Shown here: positions 1 through 9,220 of the stretch, in pieces | Numbering within the stretch: position 1 is the first letter of the stretch | Layout of the letters: each line of letters starts with the position of its first letter | Source: a virus | Lineage: Duplodnaviria > Caudoviricetes | DNA length: 38,424 nt | Virus record (IMG/VR): IMGVR_UViG_3300033232_000040 | Location: 1 to 38,424 of that record | Direction: 5' to 3' (one strand) | Position numbers and translations under genes: made by a program | The notes under the pieces: generated by a model | Database searches by the model: none | Told to the model about the DNA's origin: nothing | The model's input: only the letters and a program-made list of their open reading frames with translations

Positions 1-2
1 AT

Positions 3-143
3 CAGCCGGACTGGCAGGGCGTTCGCCGTGACGTGGGCTATTTCCTCGGTTACCAGTTTGCCGCTATTGCCGTGCTGTACGTCGCCCCCGAAAGCATCTC
101 GGGCTGGGTGAGGCGCCGCGCGATAAATCTGCCCCATCGGTGA
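3..143 (+). pseudogene. Host gene (DUF3943-like membrane protein), truncated by the phage left end
   Basis: Frame from nt 3 reads QPDWQGVRRDVGYFLGYQFAAIAVLYVAPESISGW, resembling DUF3943-family proteins as I recall them. It then runs into phage sequence (VRRRAINLPHR) and stops at 141-143. Confidence 0.55.
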
Positions 144-150
144 GATAAAT
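109..150 (+). repeat. Left end (attL) with two transposase-binding repeats
   Basis: TG terminus at 109. GCGCGATAAAT (118-128) and GTGAGATAAAT (140-150) are 22 bp apart, and the same motif is inverted at the right end. Confidence 0.75.
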
Positions 151-214
151 CAATTTGCATGCGATATTGCATGATGACACGAATGGTCATTGTGTAACAC
201 GCGCCCCATCCGCA

Positions 215-748
215 TCACGGCCAAACCAGCACCGGCAGATCTGGCTCGATGTCGGCATACCCGGCAGGCATCGGGCGGGTGCCTGCTTCGACCCCGTCCA
301 TGATCGCGTACAGCGTGGCCCAGGTGTTATCCCGCGCCCCGACTGCGTACTGACCATCGGCGGCGAACTTCGGAATCGTGCTGGTGGCATAGGTGCAGGC
401 CGAGAGAATGCCGTCGTAGTTGCGGGTGGCGGCGAAGTCGTCGAGGCGTTTCTGTGTTGCCGCCACGGCGTCGGCCTGCAGCCTCTGCGCCCTCAACTCC
501 ATCTCTGCCGCGTGCATCCCATCGTAATCAGATTGCGTGAGCACATCGATCACGCCCGGCACAAGCACGAACGAGGCGTCCGGGCACGTTCCGAAAAATT
601 CCGGGGTGTTGGTCGGGTAATGGCTTTCCCGCGCCCATACAAACTCAAGCCCCTCAACAGGCGGGAATTTCGGCCCATTGGCAGCAGGGGCCTCCAGCAC
701 GGATACCCCGGTCACGGCATCGACATAGGTGAATTTCAGGTATTTCAT
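215..748 (-). CDS. Tail fibre assembly/chaperone-like protein
   Basis: Begins MKYLKFTYVDA. The C-terminal LDDFAATRNYDGILSACTYATS...LPVLVWP is typical of fibre-associated chaperones. ATGA overlap with the upstream ORF stop. Confidence 0.6.
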   Translation of the reverse strand: MKYLKFTYVDAVTGVSVLEAPAANGPKFPPVEGLEFVWARESHYPTNTPEFFGTCPDASFVLVPGVIDVLTQSDYDGMHAAEMELRAQRLQADAVAATQKRLDDFAATRNYDGILSACTYATSTIPKFAADGQYAVGARDNTWATLYAIMDGVEAGTRPMPAGYADIEPDLPVLVWP

Positions 749-1116
749 CGTGGAAACCTCGCGTCTTGAAGGTGGGATGGAACAGCGGAGCCATAGCCGG
801 CCTTGTGCAGCCCGGCTGCCAGGCGCCCCTGCAATTTCCAGGCGTTGGCGTGGTTGAAAATGCCAAAGTAGCTGTGCGCGGCTTGGCGAACGTCGTTCAC
901 CGATGCGCGAGCGCGGCAAAGTCCGGCGTGGTGCGCTCTCTCGGTGCGGCTCGAATTGGCCTTGAAGATGAACACCACCATCTCCACGACCTCCGACCGC
1001 AGCTTGTCGCCAGGGCTGTATTTGTAAGACTTCGAGAACCCCGCCGTTGCCGCCGTGATCTTGCCAAGCAGTTCGTAGGTCGCTTTGTAGATGGGTAGAT
1101 GCTGATATTGAGCCAT
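745..1116 (-). pseudogene. avd: DGR relic: Avd-like four-helix-bundle N-terminus fused to reverse transcriptase C-terminus
   Basis: MAQYQHLPIYKATYELL...YKYSPGDKLRSEVVEMVVFIFKAN is Avd/four-helix-bundle-like. It switches near 915-930 to AAHSYFGIFNHANAWKL, resembling the SY(F/L)G..HAN motif at the DGR RT C-terminus. No YxDD core. Confidence 0.75.
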
Positions 1117-1128
1117 TTTTATTTATCC

Positions 1129-1147
1129 CCTCCCGCTTCGAGGGAGG
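1129..1147 (-). promoter_or_regulatory. DGR target-recognition hairpin/cruciform downstream of VR/IMH
   Basis: Minus strand CCTCCCTC-GAA-GCGGGAGG (8-bp stem, one mismatch, GAA loop), just after the target gene stop and the CTTTAACCCTTTAACCC run. Confidence 0.65.
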
Positions 1148-1161
1148 AAGGGGTTAAAGGG

Positions 1162-3234
1162 TTAAAGAATTGATCGCCGGACGGCCCGCACACGGAGCCT
1201 ACTCGCCTTGCCGAAGCCGCGCTGGTAGCCAGGGGTGAGCGAATCCCAGGACTGGCGCCACGCGTCGGCGGCTCTGTATTCCGTGCTCGACCAGTAGTGG
1301 CTCGATCCATACGTGTAAGCCTCCGCGCCGCCGGTGCGGAAGGTCGTGGCTGCAGTCCGCCCCGGCACGCTGCTGGTGTTGGCCGGTCCGGTGGGCGATG
1401 AGTTGTTGTTCGTGCCGTGAGTGTTGGCGGTGTCGCCATACGCGCCGTCGCGCTTGTAATCGAACGACTGCGCAGCGGCGCGATCTGCCGTCGCGTAGTT
1501 GTCGTCGATGACGGGTTTGAGGTTGCGCCAGCGCAGCTCAAGCTCGTCGCGCGCCGGGATATACCAGTCCGCATGGCCGCCGATGCTCAGGCTTCTGGCC
1601 CAGTGCGCGGCGGGGTACTCTGTCGAGTCGCCCGCGAGCCGCATGGCCTCGGTCGCGGCCCAGCCGTTCACCAGGCTTTGGCAGCCCGTAGGAAATTCCG
1701 TGGCCGCGTTTTTGAGCGCAATGTCGGCGTGCTCGCCGGACGCTTTCGGCGCGTCTATTGAGCGGAAACGCGCCATCACCGACCAGTCGCTGAATGTACC
1801 GCTGCCGCCGATGCTGCTGACGTTGAGCGTGAGCGTCGTGCCGATTGCGCCGGTGACGGTGCCGACGAACTTGTTGGCCGGATTGGCGCGGCTGCGCACT
1901 TCCAGCGACTGGCCTTCGTAGACAATCGCTGCGCTGGTCATGTCCGGCACGGTGAAGGTCTGCGTGCCGGTGCCAAGCGCCTTGCTATCCGCCGACTGCG
2001 CAATCTGATCCCAGAACAGCCCAGCGTAAAAGCCGCCCTCGAACGGATCGCCAAACGCGGCGGGGGTGGCGGCAGGGGTGGCGATCCAGCTGTTGAATGT
2101 GGCGGCCGTGGTGAAGCTCGACACGCCCCACGCACTGCCCCCGAGCGTGGTGCCGCGATGCAGCACGGCGGGGTAATACGTGGTGTTGACCGACATCACG
2201 CCAGCGGCGACGGGCCATGACGTGAGGTTGTCCGCATCCGCATAGCTCGACGCGATCAGCGTGCCGGTGCGGTTGGGGCCAGTCCAAAGTTCCCAGTCGC
2301 TGTTGAGGTGGGTGTCGGACTCGCCAATCCAGGAAAAGGCGCTGGTGGTGATTGTGGTGGTTTCGGTAACGCCCGTCGCGCCGCTGGCCGGTGATGTGAT
2401 GGTGGGGGCCGCGATGCCTGCTGGCAGGATGGTGAGCGAAAAGACTACATTCTCGCCATCAACGGTAACGGTCAGCGTTTCGGCGCCCGATGCGCCCGGT
2501 GCGGTATAGGTGATGGTGTCGCCGGTGATGCTGGCGCTGCCCAGCACGGCGGCAACCGCGTAGGTGCTGAACGAGTTGTAGTTGGTGATGGTGTAGGTTT
2601 TTTCCTGCGTGACGTAGACGGTGGTGTCGCCGGAGAGGGCGGCGGCGGCGGTCTCGATTCGCGCCCAGCTACCCGAGACGCCCGGTTCAGCGGTGGCAAC
2701 ATCCGCCAAATCGGCCAGCAGCAGCCAGTAGGTGTTGCCGTACCGTGTCGACGCGGGCATGGCGAGCGCGCCGGTCAGGCTCGCCCACGCGCCTTTAAAG
2801 TTGGCGGACGCGGCGGCGATGTTGGCGGAGGCGGCGCTAGCGGCTGCCTGGGCTGCGGCTAGCGCGACCTGCTGGGCGGCGAGCGCAACCTGCGCCGCGC
2901 CGTTGCTGGTGGCGTCCATCGCCGACTGCGCTGCGGCGGCCACCTCGCCTTCGGCCAGCGCAACCTGTGCCGCGCCGTTGCTGGTGGCGTCCATCGCCGA
3001 CTGCGCTGCGGCGGCCGCCGCGCCTTCGGCCAGCGCAACCTGTGCCGCGCCGTTGGTCGTGGCAAGCCCCGCCTGCGTGGTGGCGGTGACGGCAGCGGCG
3101 TTGACCTCGCCCGCGACGGCGTTTGTCTGGGTGACGAAAGCAGGCAGCTCGCCCAGCAGCGTATCGGTGCGCGCGGAGAAAGTGGCGGGGTCGCTTCGGT
3201 TCGGCGGGGTGGACAGTGGGGTGATGGTGGTCAT
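1162..3234 (-). CDS. Tail fibre / receptor-binding protein with C-terminal DUF1566-like C-type lectin domain (DGR target)
   Basis: Follows the tail genes. Ala-rich coiled repeats, beta-rich Ig-like middle, DWYIPARDEL and YWSSTEY...AW.Q......G.Q....K.....VRAVRR C-terminus. Confidence 0.85.
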   Translation of the reverse strand: MTTITPLSTPPNRSDPATFSARTDTLLGELPAFVTQTNAVAGEVNAAAVTATTQAGLATTNGAAQVALAEGAAAAAAQSAMDATSNGAAQVALAEGEVAAAAQSAMDATSNGAAQVALAAQQVALAAAQAAASAASANIAAASANFKGAWASLTGALAMPASTRYGNTYWLLLADLADVATAEPGVSGSWARIETAAAALSGDTTVYVTQEKTYTITNYNSFSTYAVAAVLGSASITGDTITYTAPGASGAETLTVTVDGENVVFSLTILPAGIAAPTITSPASGATGVTETTTITTSAFSWIGESDTHLNSDWELWTGPNRTGTLIASSYADADNLTSWPVAAGVMSVNTTYYPAVLHRGTTLGGSAWGVSSFTTAATFNSWIATPAATPAAFGDPFEGGFYAGLFWDQIAQSADSKALGTGTQTFTVPDMTSAAIVYEGQSLEVRSRANPANKFVGTVTGAIGTTLTLNVSSIGGSGTFSDWSVMARFRSIDAPKASGEHADIALKNAATEFPTGCQSLVNGWAATEAMRLAGDSTEYPAAHWARSLSIGGHADWYIPARDELELRWRNLKPVIDDNYATADRAAAQSFDYKRDGAYGDTANTHGTNNNSSPTGPANTSSVPGRTAATTFRTGGAEAYTYGSSHYWSSTEYRAADAWRQSWDSLTPGYQRGFGKASRLRVRAVRRSIL
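1165..1320 (-). other. DGR variable region (VR), boundaries approximate
   Basis: Codons CGC GGC TTC GGC (1210-1221) and neighbours are NNC codons at positions where DGR templates carry AAC runs. Confidence 0.6.
2882..3055 (-). repeat. 75-bp in-frame tandem repeat (about 2.3 copies) in tail fibre
   Basis: GCGCAACCTGYGCCGCGCCGTTG starts at 2883, 2958 and 3033. Unit is NGAAQVALAEGxxAAAAQSAMDATS. Confidence 0.9.
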
Positions 3235-4142
3235 GTAAGCCCTTCGATGGTCATGTTTACGAGTGAGTACGCCGGGTAGCGGATGCCAACCCGCCAGTCG
3301 CGGTAGTAGCCGTAGGCGATGAGCGAGTCATAGCCCAGCCCGTTGTCGAACACCCACACGCAGGGGGTGGCGCGGACCTGGGCCAGGGCGCGGGTGATGT
3401 AGTCCATGCGGGCGTTGTCGATCAGGCATTCGGACTCGATGCGCTTGGAGTAGGCCCGCTCGATCACGGAAACCATGCCGAAATCGTCCGCGCCTTTGCG
3501 CGAATAATCGACGATGGACACGTTCGCGCCGTAGTGGGTATCTCCCAGGTGGACCGTGTTGCCCACGACGAGGGTGCCGCACTCGGCAGTGGTCGGCTCG
3601 GTCAGCGTCACGGTGATGACGCCAGCGGAATACGGGGGCAGGTCTTCGACGATGAGCGCGGTCTGGCGCACGATCGGCTCGAAGAAGTAGCTGTAGCCGT
3701 CGAACACGCCCGCTGCGTCGGCCAGGGTGTAGGTCTGGTCGTACACCGTTGTCGCGCCGTCCACCATCTGCACCCGCACGGTGGCGGCGTTAATGTCCAG
3801 CAGCGCCAGCGAGCCCACAATGCCGGGCTGGATTGCGACCTCGATCACCGCATCCCCCGCGCCGGCGGCGGCCGTGGTCACCGTGCCCACGATTGCGTCG
3901 AACATGGCCCAGCGGTTGGTGGGGCCGATGTCCAGCCACCACTCGGACAGCGTGTCGGTGGTGGGGTCGTGGTTGAGGTTGCTCGCCTGCACCGACTCGT
4001 AAATGCGGTGAGTGGTGAGGTCGATGCGCCTTTCGCCGAGCGCATAGGTGACTAACCCGCTCCACTCGGCGTGGTCGGTTTCCGGCACAGTGCTGCTGAC
4101 GAACGCGGCCCCGGCTATGGGCGTAGGCTTGATGAATTTCAT
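3231..4142 (-). CDS. Tail tip / distal tail protein (putative)
   Basis: 303 aa, beta-rich, coupled by ATGA overlaps between tape measure and fibre. Motifs WLDIGPTNRWAMFD and DYSRK..DDFG. Confidence 0.65.
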   Translation of the reverse strand: MKFIKPTPIAGAAFVSSTVPETDHAEWSGLVTYALGERRIDLTTHRIYESVQASNLNHDPTTDTLSEWWLDIGPTNRWAMFDAIVGTVTTAAAGAGDAVIEVAIQPGIVGSLALLDINAATVRVQMVDGATTVYDQTYTLADAAGVFDGYSYFFEPIVRQTALIVEDLPPYSAGVITVTLTEPTTAECGTLVVGNTVHLGDTHYGANVSIVDYSRKGADDFGMVSVIERAYSKRIESECLIDNARMDYITRALAQVRATPCVWVFDNGLGYDSLIAYGYYRDWRVGIRYPAYSLVNMTIEGLT

Positions 4143-7100
4143 GCGGTGACCCTTGTTGCCAGGGCATCACCGTCCGGCATGGCGCGGTCGAGCAGGGCGG
4201 CGGTTTTGCCGGTGTTGCTGACGGTGGCGCGGGTCTCGGCGCGCAGCAGTACAACCTCCTCGCGCAGCGCCTTGATTTCGGTCAGAAGGGCGGTGTTGTT
4301 GCCGCCCATCATCCCGCGGGTGTCGGCGGCGGTGTAGACCCGCGACGGGCTTCCAAAATCAACCAGCTCCGGGCCTTCCTCGCCCACCACGGTCCAGCCT
4401 GGCGGGGTGTAGCCGCCGGCAGCGCGGGTGCGAACCAGCGTGCCGTTCAGCCCGCCGGATGCCAGGCCGTAGGTGTCGAGCAGGAGCTGCGCGCCAGCAG
4501 ACCCGGCGACTGTATGCGAGCCGCCGCCGGGGAAATACAGGGTGTTTCCCTCCAGCCGGTAGCCTGAGTCGCCGATGCCGGCGTGTGAACCGTTGACCAC
4601 AGGGCTGTTGACGTAGCTGGCGGCGCTGGAGGCGGCAGCTACGGCTGACCCCGACTTCGCGGCGTTGATCGCGGCCCCCAGCGCAACAATCGCCGCCTCG
4701 ACCGACATCACGCTGGTGTCGATGCCGTTGAGCGCGTCCACCTGCGCCTGCGCGTTGTCGAGGATGCCGTCCAGCCGCAGCATCTCGCCGTCATAGGTGC
4801 GTTGCAGCAGGTCGAGCTGGTCTTGCAGGGTTGACAGCTGCCGCTCGTCCACTGACAGCGCGTCGTTGGCAATCCACGACAGCTCGCGCAACTCGGCCGC
4901 CGTCCGCAGCTGGTCGCGCAGGTAGTCGGTGCGGGTGGCAAACTGGCCGCGTGCGTCCTGCGTCAGCGTGGACAGCGCGCCCTGCAGGCTCTCGGCGGTT
5001 GGCAGCGGGCCGCCGGCCCGCGCAATCATCAGCGCGGCCCCGACCTGAGCCTGCGCCTGCGCCCGGTACTGCGCCGCATATTCCTGCGGCCGCATCCCGT
5101 TCAGCGTGGATGCAAGGGCGGCGGACAGCGACTTCAGTTTGGAGACCGAGCCGCCGACCAAATCAATGCTGGCCCTGATCTCATCGGACTGCTGATCGTA
5201 AGCGGCGGTGATGGCGTCGCGCTCGGCCCCGACTGCGCGGGAGAGCGCGTCCATTGCGGCGTCCACGGCATCCGTGGCGATGGACGCAGCGGCATCGGCC
5301 ACCTCGGCAAACGCCGGCGCCATGTCCATCAGGGTCACGAACACCTCGCGCCCCGCCGCGCTGGTCATGTCGAGCGCCTCGACCATCGCGCGGAATTCCG
5401 CCTTTGTTTCCGGCATCGCCCGGTTGATATTGGCAAACCCGGCGGCGAGCGCCGCGGTGGTGTCGGCGAGCTTTTCCTCTTCCGAATAAAACGCGTCGTA
5501 GTAGCCGGCGGTAGCGTCGATCATTGCCTCAAGGTCGCCGAACAGCCCGATCAGGGCTTGCGACATCTCGACGATTTCGGTATGCGTCCCGGTGAAGGCG
5601 TTGTCCAGCATGCCCAGCGATGCCTGCACCGCCTCGGTGCTGTAGGCCACGCGGATTGCGGTTTCGTAGTACCCCTCCCCTACCCGCTGGAACTCGTCCA
5701 GACCGGGCAGCACTGCGCTGGCGACTTTGTCCGATGCGGAGGATATAACCGCGTTCAGCGCGTCTTCAAGGTCGTCCCCCTTGAGACCCTTGAGCGAAAC
5801 CATGCTCAGGTCGATCTGAGTGTTCGCAATTTGCGTTTCGAGAATATCGGCAGACTGGCCCAACACACCACCAGCAGCAACCAGGCTATCCGATACGTTC
5901 TTAAAGATCATGCCGAACTGCTTGGATATCTCGCCGTCTGCGTCACGCATTACCGTGCTTGTGCTGGTCTTTTTCTTCAGCCCCCACCACGAGGATTTCT
6001 GTGTAGTGACTTCGGTAAACGCCCGCAGCCCTTCCTCGATGCCGCTGAGGGCCCCTTTGTAGAACAGGCCAGAGTCGGTAACAGAGACGTTCTTGCTGCT
6101 GAATCCAAGCGTCCCAACTTTGGACATTTCCGGGGTGCCTGAAAGGTTGCCGCTCGTCAGACCAGGCGTGCGGAAGATCATTGACGACACGCCAGTAAGG
6201 GCAACTTCAATCGCCTGCAAGCTCTTAGCCATGCGCGCCGAATACTGCATGGTCAGCGTGTTCACGTCGGCCAGCATTTCGAGCGCGTTGGCCAGGCTGT
6301 TGCTCTTCGCGTCGGGGTCGCCCAGCACGGTGCCGGTGCCCTGCGTTTTTTGGCGCTGCGCCGATGTCGAGATGCTGCTGCCGCCTCCGCCGCCGCCGAC
6401 CATCAGGCCAATCCCGGCCATGATTGCGATCATCGCAGCAATACGCGGGAATGCCGTGTAGGGGTCGCCGTTGCCTTGGTTCGCCACCGCGCCGATCGCG
6501 CGCGTCGTGTTCAGCGCCATAGCGGCGGGCAGTTGCGCCGTGTCCGCCGCAATACCGCTCGCCGCCGACGTCGCATCGCCCGCCACCTTTGCAGACACGA
6601 AGCCCAACTGCGTCGCCAGCTTCGTCGCCATGTTCGCCAGCTGCATCGCCTGGAGGGTTTTCTCGACCCCCTCCATCGCCTTGTAGCCCTTCGAGTTCTC
6701 CTTGAAAAACCCCTTCGCCGCGGTCGCCATCGAGGCATACGCGCCGATCTGGATTTCCGCCTGCTTCGCCCGCATCTTGGCCTGGGTGGCGAAATCCCCC
6801 GGCTTAACCTTCGCCTGCTCCTTGTTGAACTCGGCCTGCTTTTGCGCGTAGGCCTCAAACGCCGACGACAACGCCCCCAGCGCCCCGCCCGCCTTGCCAA
6901 AAGCCCCCGCCAGCGCATCGCCAAACGACTGCGCCTTCGCGGGGTCGAGGTAGGCGGCCACGTCCGCCGCCGCCTTGGCGTACTGGTTGTCCTGCACCGC
7001 CTCCCTCAGCCGCTGCGTATAGCCCGCCAGCTCATCGCCCGCCTGGCGGATGCCCGTCGCCTCCAGCGCGCGCATCGCAATCGCCAGCTCGCGCTGCTCG

Positions 7101-8767
7101 TTCGACAGCCCCAGCACAGCGGTCTCGTCCGTATAGCCCTGGATCAGCGCATTTGCCGCCACCTGCGCATCGGATTCCGCGTCGGCCTTGGCGTTCAGGC
7201 GCTCGTTCAGCCGGTCAACCTGGTCCGCCAGATTTTGCTGCGCGGCAATGTTCTCGGCCAACGTCGCCGTCGCCTTTTCCCTGGCCGAGATTTCCTGTGC
7301 GGACTGGTTCAGAAACGCGATGATGGCTTTTTCGCGCACCCCGGCGAGTTTCATCGTGGCGGCGATCTGCTCGGCGTTGTACATCGCCTGCTGCGCGCCC
7401 GACATGCCAATAGTGGCGGTCTCTTTCTGGATCTGGGCGATGTAGTTTTGCGACGCCTTGACCGCGTTGCTGTACGCCGCAGCCGCCGCCTTGACCGCGT
7501 CGGCCCTTGCCTTGGCTGCAGCCGACGCAACCGCGGCGGCAGCGGATTCGTCGGCGGCGGCGGCGCGCCCATTCATCAAGGCGATCGCCTCGTCCTGCTC
7601 CCGAATCATGTCGATGGCTTCTTTCGATCCATTGAAGCCTCGGTAGTTGGTTTGCGCCTTTGATTTCTCGGCGTTGAATTTTTCTGCGGCGCGGCTGACC
7701 CGGTCATAGCCCATCGCAAGTTCGTCCATGTCCGCCCTCCAGGCGGCGCCAATGGCGCGTGCCCGCGCCGGGTTGAGGTCGTTTAGCGCCATCAACTGTG
7801 CGGCACCTGCCGAAAGCGTGATCGTCATCATCCTGACGACCGTAACCAGGTTGTCAGCCTCAGCCACCAGCGTGACCAGCATCTCTGCAACAGCGCTGCC
7901 CCAGTCCTCCAACTCCTTTTTCGCAGCCATCTCATCGAGCTGGCCGTTGGCCGCCTTGAGCGCGTCCGACAGCCCGAACACCGCCACCGTCAGCGCTTCG
8001 TTGAACGTCTCTCCAAACTTGACTTTCGCATCCTCGACATAGCGCGTCATCGACTGAATCTGCTTGCTCGCGGTGCTCATCGACTCCGCGTAGATTCCGG
8101 CATACGCGGCCGCCGCGGCCATCACGGCATCGGTGCGCGCCTGCACCTTCTGCAGCTCGGTCAGCGCGGTGGTGTTGACCCCGAGCGACGCCGCCAGCTT
8201 TTTGTAGCTGGCCTCGAACGACACGTTGAGGCCGAGGGTTTTCAGGATCTCGACTTCGCCCGACTTGATGCCCTGCACCATCCTGGCCAGCGCGTCGCTG
8301 GAATTGAGGTTGCCGACCACCGCCAGATCCTGCGCGGCGCGCGCCAGCCCGGTGGCCTTGGCCAGGTCGATGCTGGCGGTGGCCAGGCTGGTGAGCACTT
8401 CGCGGGACTTGATCATCGAGATGCCGGTGGTCTGCATCTGCTTTTCCAGCGTGGCCATTTCCGCGCGGGTATAGCCGGCGTTGTTGCCCGCCACGCCCAT
8501 CACCACGCCCATCGTCTCGAAGCGTGCCGACAGCAGGGTGGACTCGCGCACCAGGCCCGCGAGCTTGTAGGCCGAAAACGCACTGACCAGCGCCTTGACG
8601 GCGGTTGCCCCCAAATTGGCGGAGGTGGTGATCCGCCGGCCGGTCGCTTCCGCCTTCTGGCCGAGATCATCCAGCGACTTGCCGCTACCCGCGGTGGCGG
8701 CCTTCATCGGCCCGGTCATCTGGTCGACCAGCTTCAGCAGGACGGCTACGGTCAGGGGCTTGCTCAT
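4139..8767 (-). CDS. Tail tape measure protein
   Basis: 1542 aa, Ala-rich and helical, follows the tail chaperones. C-terminal AAGGYTPPGWTVVGEEGPELV motif. Confidence 0.9.
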   Translation of the reverse strand: MSKPLTVAVLLKLVDQMTGPMKAATAGSGKSLDDLGQKAEATGRRITTSANLGATAVKALVSAFSAYKLAGLVRESTLLSARFETMGVVMGVAGNNAGYTRAEMATLEKQMQTTGISMIKSREVLTSLATASIDLAKATGLARAAQDLAVVGNLNSSDALARMVQGIKSGEVEILKTLGLNVSFEASYKKLAASLGVNTTALTELQKVQARTDAVMAAAAAYAGIYAESMSTASKQIQSMTRYVEDAKVKFGETFNEALTVAVFGLSDALKAANGQLDEMAAKKELEDWGSAVAEMLVTLVAEADNLVTVVRMMTITLSAGAAQLMALNDLNPARARAIGAAWRADMDELAMGYDRVSRAAEKFNAEKSKAQTNYRGFNGSKEAIDMIREQDEAIALMNGRAAAADESAAAAVASAAAKARADAVKAAAAAYSNAVKASQNYIAQIQKETATIGMSGAQQAMYNAEQIAATMKLAGVREKAIIAFLNQSAQEISAREKATATLAENIAAQQNLADQVDRLNERLNAKADAESDAQVAANALIQGYTDETAVLGLSNEQRELAIAMRALEATGIRQAGDELAGYTQRLREAVQDNQYAKAAADVAAYLDPAKAQSFGDALAGAFGKAGGALGALSSAFEAYAQKQAEFNKEQAKVKPGDFATQAKMRAKQAEIQIGAYASMATAAKGFFKENSKGYKAMEGVEKTLQAMQLANMATKLATQLGFVSAKVAGDATSAASGIAADTAQLPAAMALNTTRAIGAVANQGNGDPYTAFPRIAAMIAIMAGIGLMVGGGGGGSSISTSAQRQKTQGTGTVLGDPDAKSNSLANALEMLADVNTLTMQYSARMAKSLQAIEVALTGVSSMIFRTPGLTSGNLSGTPEMSKVGTLGFSSKNVSVTDSGLFYKGALSGIEEGLRAFTEVTTQKSSWWGLKKKTSTSTVMRDADGEISKQFGMIFKNVSDSLVAAGGVLGQSADILETQIANTQIDLSMVSLKGLKGDDLEDALNAVISSASDKVASAVLPGLDEFQRVGEGYYETAIRVAYSTEAVQASLGMLDNAFTGTHTEIVEMSQALIGLFGDLEAMIDATAGYYDAFYSEEEKLADTTAALAAGFANINRAMPETKAEFRAMVEALDMTSAAGREVFVTLMDMAPAFAEVADAAASIATDAVDAAMDALSRAVGAERDAITAAYDQQSDEIRASIDLVGGSVSKLKSLSAALASTLNGMRPQEYAAQYRAQAQAQVGAALMIARAGGPLPTAESLQGALSTLTQDARGQFATRTDYLRDQLRTAAELRELSWIANDALSVDERQLSTLQDQLDLLQRTYDGEMLRLDGILDNAQAQVDALNGIDTSVMSVEAAIVALGAAINAAKSGSAVAAASSAASYVNSPVVNGSHAGIGDSGYRLEGNTLYFPGGGSHTVAGSAGAQLLLDTYGLASGGLNGTLVRTRAAGGYTPPGWTVVGEEGPELVDFGSPSRVYTAADTRGMMGGNNTALLTEIKALREEVVLLRAETRATVSNTGKTAALLDRAMPDGDALATRVTA

Positions 8768-8793
8768 CCGGCGGCCTCAATCATGGGATTCAT
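8764..8793 (-). CDS. 9-aa upstream micro-ORF (MNPMIEAAG) coupled to tape measure
   Basis: ATG lies 8 nt after the -10 of a late promoter, and its TGA overlaps the tape measure ATG (ATGA). Confidence 0.35.
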   Translation of the reverse strand: MNPMIEAAG

Positions 8794-8801
8794 GTTCGAT
8801 G

Positions 8802-8844
8802 ATCGTAGCGGGGGCGGTTTGGGCGGGATAGTAATGCCGGTTAC
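8802..8844 (-). promoter_or_regulatory. Mor/C-type late promoter (tape measure)
   Basis: GTAACCGGCATTAC, 23 bp, TACGAT. Same layout as three other sites. Confidence 0.7.
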
Positions 8845-8852
8845 AACCAGCA

Positions 8853-9220
8853 TTACCCCGGTGGATTGTCAGGATTGGGGTTGAGCTGCGCCAGGGCGGC
8901 GCGCTCCATGACACGGATGCCGTCGAACACTTCGCGGCGGTCGGTGATGCCCATCAGGTCGATGGTGGCCGCCACGTCGGCGTAGCGCAGGCCGAGGTAT
9001 TGGCCGCTCATACCGTTGATCTGCCATTGCGTGTGGCAGGCCATAAAAACGTCGACGGTTTCGCTGTTTTCCGGCCAGATTTCCAGGTCGTTGACTGCCG
9101 CGTCTGCCGCTGCCGGCGCATCGGCGGCGACCAGGCCAAATGCCGCAAGGTCGCCTGCCGCGCCCGCGCCGGATGGGTCGGGCGGACGCCCCCCGGCCCA
9201 TCTGCGGGCTGCGGCGGCTA
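8853..9220 (-). CDS. Tail assembly chaperone, frameshifted C-terminal part (DUF1799-like, lambda gpT analogue)
   Basis: The -1 frame is open from the slippery site: LAAAARRWAGG...LEIWPENSETVDVFMACHTQW...GLRYADV...GIRVMERAAL. Confidence 0.75.

Noticed and set aside
2-6. TCAGC at window start matching TCAGC at 37564-37568 as a target-site duplication (right end at 37563)
   Set aside because: It is not followed by TG or binding repeats, it lies inside the host ORF, and the symmetric 20-nt ends at 109 and 37560 fit better.
745-3234. Active DGR
   Set aside because: No template repeat and no RT catalytic core were found in the window by eye.
215-4142. Gin/invertible G segment
   Set aside because: No invertase and no gix-like inverted repeats seen.
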